IMG/VR virus record: IMGVR_UViG_3300028394_000066 | Location: 1-64,000 of that record | Length of the DNA: 64,000 nt | Reading direction: 5' to 3' (one strand) | DNA from: a virus | Part shown: in pieces, positions 58,062-64,000 of the stretch | Layout of the letters: each line of letters opens with the position of its first letter | Numbering within the stretch: the first letter of the stretch is position 1 | Notes under the pieces: generated by a model | Seen by the model: only the letters and a program-made list of their open reading frames with translations | The model's database searches: none | What the model was told of the DNA's origin: nothing | Position numbers and translations under genes: made by a program

Positions 58062-58709
58062 ATGATTGAAAACCCATCCGTCGAAGCAGAACACTACCTT
58101 GCTGAAGACACCGTCGAATCCGACCCGAAGCACGGTACCACTGTGCAGGCAGGTTGGGGAGCCGCAAAGGACGTTCTGAAGAGCTCGTCTAACTCGGACT
58201 ACCCCACCGACTTCCGCTTCTCTGACCAAGCTCAGCTCGTCCGCTTTATGGAAGACGAGCCGTTTGCTGTTTACGAGTCGCACTGGATTGAGCGCGAAGG
58301 TAAGAAGTCCTTCGTTTGCCTTGGCGATGAATGCCCTTTGTGCACCATTGCTGGCGACAAGCCCCGTCCAAAGTTCGCATTTAACATCATCTCGCTTTCT
58401 GATGGTGAGCCCAATGTTCAGATTATGACCGCACCGCCTTCGTTTGCGCGTCAGCTTCAAGCAGCCAACGAGGACCCTCGTCGCGGCCCGCTTACGAAGT
58501 ACTACTGGGCAATCTCTCGCACAGGTACAGGTAACAAGACGCTGTTCACGCTTGACCGCGTTCGTGGTACCGACCTTGCGGAAGAGTGGGAGTTGGACGC
58601 CAACTCGGTTGACGAGTTTGCAATGACAGCTGTGTCGTACGACACTTCTGCAGTGTACGTGAGCCCTCGCGACGAGCTGTTGAAAATCGCACGCACGCTG
58701 GTTTCCTAA
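58062..58709 (+). CDS. single-stranded DNA-binding protein (gp32-like)
   Basis: HW...FVCLGDECPLC; ISRTGTGNKT.F; before PolA. Confidence 0.72.
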   Translation: MIENPSVEAEHYLAEDTVESDPKHGTTVQAGWGAAKDVLKSSSNSDYPTDFRFSDQAQLVRFMEDEPFAVYESHWIEREGKKSFVCLGDECPLCTIAGDKPRPKFAFNIISLSDGEPNVQIMTAPPSFARQLQAANEDPRRGPLTKYYWAISRTGTGNKTLFTLDRVRGTDLAEEWELDANSVDEFAMTAVSYDTSAVYVSPRDELLKIARTLVS

Positions 58710-58720
58710 CCACTCACCCC

Positions 58721-58772
58721 TGCGGGGGACCAGGCTTTGTTTATCCTTTCGTGTTACGCCTGGTCTCCCGCA
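58721..58772 (+). promoter_or_regulatory. 15-bp hairpin with ATCCTTTC loop
   Basis: TGCGGGGGACCAGGC/GCCTGGTCTCCCGCA. Confidence 0.65.
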
Positions 58773-58793
58773 CATTACTTTTAGAGGGCTTAT

Positions 58794-60797
58794 ATGAACG
58801 TCATTACTACTAAAGAACAACTCGACGAGTTTGTTCAGTATTACGCCAAGGTTGAAGCATTCGCCTGGGACGTAGAGACCATCGGGGATAACCGTCTGTA
58901 CCCCGTTATCAACGACGTTTGTTGGATTTCTTTTGCGACCGATGGCCGTGTAGATGTTATTCCCATGGGCCACCCTAACGGTGAGCTTGAAGGCCACGAC
59001 AAGCCTTTACTTCTTCCTGGACAACGACGACTCGCGGAAGGAAAACCCATCCTTGACTCGCACTACTCTAAAGACCAGCGTAAATGGACTGCTAAGTTTG
59101 GTGAAGCACCAGAGCAACTTACCCCTCGCCAAATCTTTGACGCTATTGAGCCGCTTATGTTTGGTCCCGCCTTAAAGATTGCGCACAACGCCAAGTTTGA
59201 CTTAAAGTCAGTCGCAAAATACTACAAGGGGAGTGTTCCCGCAAAACCCCATTTTGATACCCTGATGGCTGCTTTTATCATCAACAACATGAACAAGTTT
59301 GACCTTGGACTTGCTGCTTGCGTAAAACGCGAATTAGGCATAGTGGTGGAGAAGGGTGTGGGAGAAAACGTCGCTCTACACGCGTTCTCAGAGGTAGCAA
59401 AGTATTCAGGTATAGACGCTGAGGTTACTTGGAAACTTTATCAAGCCCTTGCCCCTAAGATTACTGGCAACCTACAAAAGGTTTGGCGTCTTGAAACTGA
59501 CGTGCTAGCTGCTCTCTGTGACATGGAATTAACTGGTGCTTACTTAGACCAAGCAGCCCTCAAGACACTCGCAGAAGAGGTGGAAAAGGGCAAGATTGAT
59601 GCCGAGGCCAAGTGCTACAAAGAAGCAGGAAAAGCCTTCTCTATCAACTCAGTTCCCGCCAAGCAGATGCTTTTGTTTGGGTCTGAGAACGGCCAGAAGC
59701 CCCGTCTGCCAGCCCCAAACCCTAAGTTTAAGACTGTGCTCACCCCTAAAGGACAAGCGGCTCACAAGGCTCGTGAGGCCCTTACACACATTCACTATTC
59801 TGTTTCAGCAGAAGCCCTCGAGTTTCATCGTGGCAAAGATGCTTTGGTTGACGCACTCCTTGAGTACCAAGACCTCAATAAACTTATGACTACCTACGTA
59901 ACTCCGTATACAGGTGGGGACGTTAAGCGCGTCACCAATGGTAAAGAAAAAATTACTAAGCGTAAGAGCCTCCTTATCAATGGACGAGTACACACTAACT
60001 TCAAAGCCCACGGTGCCGAGACGGGACGGTTCTCGTCATCCGAACCAAACCTTCAAAACATTCCTTCATCAGGAGAATACGGAAAACTAGTACGCAATCT
60101 TTTTGTAGCTCCTCCTGGGTATAAGCTGGTTGTTGCAGACTACTCTCAGATAGAGCCAAGAATTATTGCATCTTTCTCAAAAGACCCAGTTATGCTGGAG
60201 AACTACATGACTGGAGGAGATATCTATACTACAATTGGTGATACGATGGGCGTCGACCGTCAGGCTGGAAAAGTCTTGGTCCTCGCAATCTCATACGGGG
60301 TAGGTCCCGACAAGATTGCAGCGTCTGTTGGGTGTACTGTAAAGGAAGCTAAAGACCTCCTTAACCGCTTTGAAGCAAAGTTTGCTTCCATTGCGCAGTA
60401 CAAAGCCAAGGTAATTCGTATGGCAAAGCAGGCGGGGCCCATCCCGTTTGTTGAAACAATGTTTGGACGCCGCCGCTACATTCCCGACCTTAAATCCTCA
60501 GAGTTTGGATTGCTGGGTAGGGCCGAACGTCAGGCGTTTAACACAATGATTCAGGGGTCAGCTGCTGACCTCATGAAACTGGCTTTAGTTCGTGCACACT
60601 CGTGTTTTGTAAATGAGCCAGATATAAACTTAATTCTCACAGTACATGATGAACTTGTGACAATTTCGCCAGAGAATAAAGCTACTGAAGTTGCCGAGGC
60701 AATTCGTGAATCTATGGAGGGTATACAGTTGTCTAATATTACTGTTCCGCTAATTGCAGACGTTAAAATTGTAGACAAGTGGGGTGAAGCAAAGTAA
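58794..60797 (+). CDS. polA: family A DNA polymerase (3'-5' exonuclease + polymerase)
   Basis: DVET, HNAKFD, TGRFSSSEPNLQNIP, DYSQIEPR, IQGSAAD, VHDEL. Confidence 0.96.
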   Translation: MNVITTKEQLDEFVQYYAKVEAFAWDVETIGDNRLYPVINDVCWISFATDGRVDVIPMGHPNGELEGHDKPLLLPGQRRLAEGKPILDSHYSKDQRKWTAKFGEAPEQLTPRQIFDAIEPLMFGPALKIAHNAKFDLKSVAKYYKGSVPAKPHFDTLMAAFIINNMNKFDLGLAACVKRELGIVVEKGVGENVALHAFSEVAKYSGIDAEVTWKLYQALAPKITGNLQKVWRLETDVLAALCDMELTGAYLDQAALKTLAEEVEKGKIDAEAKCYKEAGKAFSINSVPAKQMLLFGSENGQKPRLPAPNPKFKTVLTPKGQAAHKAREALTHIHYSVSAEALEFHRGKDALVDALLEYQDLNKLMTTYVTPYTGGDVKRVTNGKEKITKRKSLLINGRVHTNFKAHGAETGRFSSSEPNLQNIPSSGEYGKLVRNLFVAPPGYKLVVADYSQIEPRIIASFSKDPVMLENYMTGGDIYTTIGDTMGVDRQAGKVLVLAISYGVGPDKIAASVGCTVKEAKDLLNRFEAKFASIAQYKAKVIRMAKQAGPIPFVETMFGRRRYIPDLKSSEFGLLGRAERQAFNTMIQGSAADLMKLALVRAHSCFVNEPDINLILTVHDELVTISPENKATEVAEAIRESMEGIQLSNITVPLIADVKIVDKWGEAK

Positions 60798-61204
60798 TGT
60801 TTTTTAAAAAGAAAAAGAAGACCCTTACTTTACGCGACATCAACAACCGCATTCGCGGGTTTATCTTGGATTCACAAATTCAGAATGCTCATGAACTAAG
60901 CGTAATTTTGGGATGTTCCAATATTAGCAGTGAAGTTCAAGAGCGTGAAGAAGAGGAGAGCGACAAACGCATCGAAAAAATTTCATATTTAGTTCCACTA
61001 CTATACGCTCACGTTCACCTTTTGGCAGAAGGAGCAGTGGAATACCAGAAGAGCACTCTACCTGAAGAATTTAAAGATTTTCCAGATGAGATTTGGATGG
61101 AAAGCCGTAGGATGATGGAACAAGTCGCCATATCAACACTCGTGGGGTCTGTGTCACAACTTATTGACATGGGGCTCATTGATATTCCAAGAAAGCACAA
61201 GTAA
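60797..61204 (+). CDS. hypothetical protein
   Basis: TAATG coupling. Confidence 0.75.
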   Translation: MFFKKKKKTLTLRDINNRIRGFILDSQIQNAHELSVILGCSNISSEVQEREEEESDKRIEKISYLVPLLYAHVHLLAEGAVEYQKSTLPEEFKDFPDEIWMESRRMMEQVAISTLVGSVSQLIDMGLIDIPRKHK

Positions 61205-61208
61205 ACTA

Positions 61209-61298
61209 ATGAATGAATACACAACAACCGACGCTGTAGACGGTTACGCCTGCCCCATCGACCCGATGGAAGCACTTCAGTGCGAGAGCTGCCAGTAA
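61209..61298 (+). CDS. 29-aa peptide resembling RNR alpha C-terminal redox tail
   Basis: MNEYTTTDAVDGYACPIDPMEALQCESCQ*; fills the gap between two genes. Confidence 0.75.
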   Translation: MNEYTTTDAVDGYACPIDPMEALQCESCQ

Positions 61299-61313
61299 TA
61301 CTATAGGAGTAAA

Positions 61314-61691
61314 ATGAGTAACGCGGATTGGTGGGCCCAAAAACTGGGCAATACACAACCAGTACAGCAGGGGCGACCCGTTCCTAATATTCCTATGCCG
61401 CCGTCTCAACAACCTATGACGCCGATGCCCACGTTTCAGCAGCAACCGTCTGCTGGGCGTGCGCAAAGCGCATCTCAAGTCTTATCCTGTCCTGAATGCG
61501 GTTCAGGAAACTATATGTCTGTAGCAGGAACAGCGCCCCGTTGTTTTGATTGCGGGTACCCCATCGAGCAGTCGGGCTCCCGATACGGTAATTTATCTAC
61601 CGCTCGAGTTGAAGGAGCAGCCCAATCCGCTCGCGGCAATGACACAAAAAGTAATTGGAATCCCCAAGGAATTATCGGAACTATAAATTAA
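61314..61691 (+). CDS. zinc-ribbon protein
   Basis: CPECGSGNY...RCFDCGYP; SD AGGAG. Confidence 0.8.
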   Translation: MSNADWWAQKLGNTQPVQQGRPVPNIPMPPSQQPMTPMPTFQQQPSAGRAQSASQVLSCPECGSGNYMSVAGTAPRCFDCGYPIEQSGSRYGNLSTARVEGAAQSARGNDTKSNWNPQGIIGTIN

Positions 61692-61720
61692 CCTACCCAA
61701 CTAAAACAAGGACTACTAAA

Positions 61721-62764
61721 TTGATAAACCCAGATGCATTAAAAGTTATGGCCCAAATTAACAAACGCTTTGGAGGCGATACTGTTGTTATTGGCGGAGA
61801 TATTCGTAACGACCTTATTCCTCGTGTTACTACTGGCTCTACTACTTTTGATTACGTTCTTGGTGGGGGTTTTCCTGCTAATCAGTGGAATGAACTCATC
61901 GGAGAACCTAGCCACGGCAAAACGGCTATCGCGCTCAAAGTCATCGCAGCAAACCAGGCGCTAAATCCAGACTTTACTACCGTATGGATTGCGGCAGAGC
62001 AGTGGGTTCCCGACTACGCAGCAATGTGTGGTGTCGATGCCAGCCGTGTAATCGTAGTTGAAACTAACATAATGGAAGAGGCGTACGACGCCGCCATTGC
62101 TTTTGCAGAATCAAAAGCGGTAGACGCTATTGTTATTGACTCATTGCCCGCTCTTGTTCCTGGGCCTGAAAATGAAAAAAACATGGACGAAATGACCGTT
62201 GGTCGTGGAGCTCTCTTGACTAACAAGTTTTTCCGTAAAGCTGGCGCTGCTATGAAACGCTCACTTACCGAAGAAGAGCGCCCCATCATGGGGCTCATCA
62301 TTAACCAGTGGCGCATGAAGATTGGGGTCATGCATGGAGACCCCCGCACTACTCCTGGTGGAGTAGGAAAAGACTACGCGTACTTTACCCGCTCAGAAGT
62401 TCGTCGTGACGAATGGATTGAAACTGGTTCTGGAGATAACAAAGTTCGTGTAGGACAGCGTATCAAAATTCGTGTCACCAAGAACAAGACTGCCCCGCCA
62501 CAACAGATTGCGTACGTGGATTTCTACTTTAAAGACCACTCAATCTACGAGGCAGGAGACTACGACACGGCTAAGGAAGTTGCCGCCATGTCTATTGTTA
62601 AACAAATTGTTGACCGACGAGGTGGTTGGGTCTACTACGGTGAGCGTAAGTGGCAGGGCCTAGAGGCCCTTGTGAACTCTATCCGTGAAGAGGTAGACTT
62701 ATTTGAAGAGCTACGAGATAAGGTTCTCGAAGACTCACCCCAGATTCCTATTGTAACGGAGTAA
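61721..62764 (+). CDS. recA: RecA/UvsX-like recombinase
   Basis: GEPSHGKT; IVIDS; INQWR; TPGG; KNK. Confidence 0.93.
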   Translation: MINPDALKVMAQINKRFGGDTVVIGGDIRNDLIPRVTTGSTTFDYVLGGGFPANQWNELIGEPSHGKTAIALKVIAANQALNPDFTTVWIAAEQWVPDYAAMCGVDASRVIVVETNIMEEAYDAAIAFAESKAVDAIVIDSLPALVPGPENEKNMDEMTVGRGALLTNKFFRKAGAAMKRSLTEEERPIMGLIINQWRMKIGVMHGDPRTTPGGVGKDYAYFTRSEVRRDEWIETGSGDNKVRVGQRIKIRVTKNKTAPPQQIAYVDFYFKDHSIYEAGDYDTAKEVAAMSIVKQIVDRRGGWVYYGERKWQGLEALVNSIREEVDLFEELRDKVLEDSPQIPIVTE

Positions 62765-62767
62765 TAC

Positions 62768-63088
62768 GTGAAAAGCGAAGGTCAGAAGCAGTCCCAGAAA
62801 CACGAGAAACGTCTCGCAAAAGCTGTAGGAGGGCAAACCACAGCCGCTTCTGGGGCCTTCTGGTCTCGCAAAGGCGATGTACGAAGCCCCACGCTTCTTA
62901 TAGAACACAAGTGGACTGGAAAGAAAACCAAAACTATTAGCTCAACAGAGCTTAAGAAAATTACCAACGAAGCAATAATGGACGGAAGACTCCCAGTGTT
63001 TGGGATTCACCTAGACGGGGAAGATTATGTAGTCCTTCTCGAGACAGATTTCCTCGAACTTTGGGACAAATTACATGCTGCGAACTGA
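62768..63088 (+). CDS. Holliday junction resolvase-like PD-(D/E)xK nuclease
   Basis: HEKRLA...SGA...KGDV...LIEHK. Confidence 0.8.
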   Translation: MKSEGQKQSQKHEKRLAKAVGGQTTAASGAFWSRKGDVRSPTLLIEHKWTGKKTKTISSTELKKITNEAIMDGRLPVFGIHLDGEDYVVLLETDFLELWDKLHAAN

Positions 63089-63404
63089 CTACGAGCACTG
63101 GACCGACCAAGCTCGGTGCTCTGGGATTGAAAACCCTGACATATTCTTTCCCCCCCGTGACAAAGACCTTTATAAAAAAATAGCAACAGAGGCGAAAGCC
63201 ATGTGCTCAGGAGTCAAAGGTTCAAGTCCTTGCCCAGTTAGAACCCAATGCTTGTGGACCGCAATCGAGGACGACGAGCAACATGGAATCTGGGGAGGCT
63301 TAAGCCACCGTGAACGAAACGCCGTAGTACGTAAGTGGAGTCGAAACTTCAAAAGTAAGATGACACTAAAGGAATACATATTCCAACTAAACAAGGAGAA
63401 CTAA
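63075..63404 (+). CDS. whiB: WhiB-family transcription factor
   Basis: W..QARC...FFP...C...CPVRTQC...HGIWGGLS..ER. Confidence 0.93.
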   Translation: MLRTDYEHWTDQARCSGIENPDIFFPPRDKDLYKKIATEAKAMCSGVKGSSPCPVRTQCLWTAIEDDEQHGIWGGLSHRERNAVVRKWSRNFKSKMTLKEYIFQLNKEN

Positions 63405-64000
63405 ATGGTAGTAATGAAATCGGACTTGAAAAAGTTCCTTGATGCAAAAGCAAAGCCTAGTCGTCTTCTTGGGGATATTGAACGACACCTCCAGAAGCGT
63501 CCCGTAGGAGACCGCTCAACTACTGTGCTTCACCCCTCGGAGATTATCAAGAAAGATTTCTGCCGACGAGGTTCGTACTTCCTGTTGAGTGGCCACACCA
63601 AGATTGCCGAGAAGCCTGCTCTTCGCCTACAGTCTATATTTGACGAGGGACACGCAATCCACGCCAAGTGGCAACGCTGGTTCCAAGAGATGGGCGTTCT
63701 TCACGGCAAGTTTTACTGTTCAGTTTGTGAGCACAGCACCTGGGGCACCTCTCCCGAGGCCTGTGAGAGCTGTGGGGCGCCTTGGACTAAGTTGACCTAT
63801 GACGAGGTCACCCTTCACGATGACGCCCTGCGTATCAAGGGACACACCGACGGATGGATTAAAGGTATTGGTGACGATACTCTGATTGAAATCAAGTCAG
63901 TGGGTCCAGGCACAATTCGTTCAGAATCTCCTGGCCTGTTTATGGATGCCGATGGAGATTTCATGAAAGCGTGGAGCAACGTACGACGACCTTTCTCGAC
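63405..64000 (+). CDS. Cas4-like PD-(D/E)xK exonuclease (runs off window end)
   Basis: translated by hand: LHPSE..C; FDEGHAIH; GHTDG; IEIKS; SD AAGGAG. Confidence 0.8.
   Translation, partial: MVVMKSDLKKFLDAKAKPSRLLGDIERHLQKRPVGDRSTTVLHPSEIIKKDFCRRGSYFLLSGHTKIAEKPALRLQSIFDEGHAIHAKWQRWFQEMGVLHGKFYCSVCEHSTWGTSPEACESCGAPWTKLTYDEVTLHDDALRIKGHTDGWIKGIGDDTLIEIKSVGPGTIRSESPGLFMDADGDFMKAWSNVRRPFS

Noticed and set aside
12785-62764. Inteins or introns in terminase, DnaB, PolA or RecA
   Set aside because: Proteins are of normal length with contiguous motifs
63405-64000. CRISPR-associated cas4
   Set aside because: No cas1/cas2 or array; solo Cas4-like nucleases are common in phage recombination modules

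Overview
This window is part of a large dsDNA myovirus genome (contractile tail). The host is almost certainly an actinobacterium (WhiB, FmdB-type Zn ribbon, leaderless genes), probably a moderate-GC Microbacteriaceae-like one; the narrower host assignment is inference. Nearly all genes are on the + strand. Layout: (1) 0.2-12.8 kb accessory block with HNH, small ORFs sharing short motifs, Hsp20, an 80-nt tmRNA tRNA-like-domain RNA, a class Ic-type RNR beta subunit, a hyper-acidic peptide, 3 tRNAs, NlpC/P60, M23 endolysin and holin candidates; (2) 12.8-21 kb terminase, portal, scaffold, capsid and neck; (3) 21-29.9 kb collagen and glycine-rich fibres plus a GT2-TPR glycosyltransferase; (4) 29.9-32.2 kb array of tiny basic, translationally coupled ORFs; (5) 32.7-50.3 kb sheath, tube, chaperone, tape measure and baseplate; (6) 50.5-64 kb replication and recombination genes (HTH initiator, DnaC-like, DnaB, primase, SNF2, SSB, PolA, RecA, resolvase, WhiB, Cas4-like nuclease). 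The most notable items are not in the ORF track: a tmRNA reduced to its tRNA-like domain with no tag ORF (3416-3495); a free-standing 29-aa peptide resembling the redox-active C-terminal tail of RNR alpha (61209-61298), in a genome that also has a Tyr-less class Ic beta; intergenic hairpins with anti-Shine-Dalgarno loops; a 54-aa 59%-acidic standalone gene; and a probable +1 frameshift in the tail chaperone. All family assignments come from reading motifs by eye; no searches were run.
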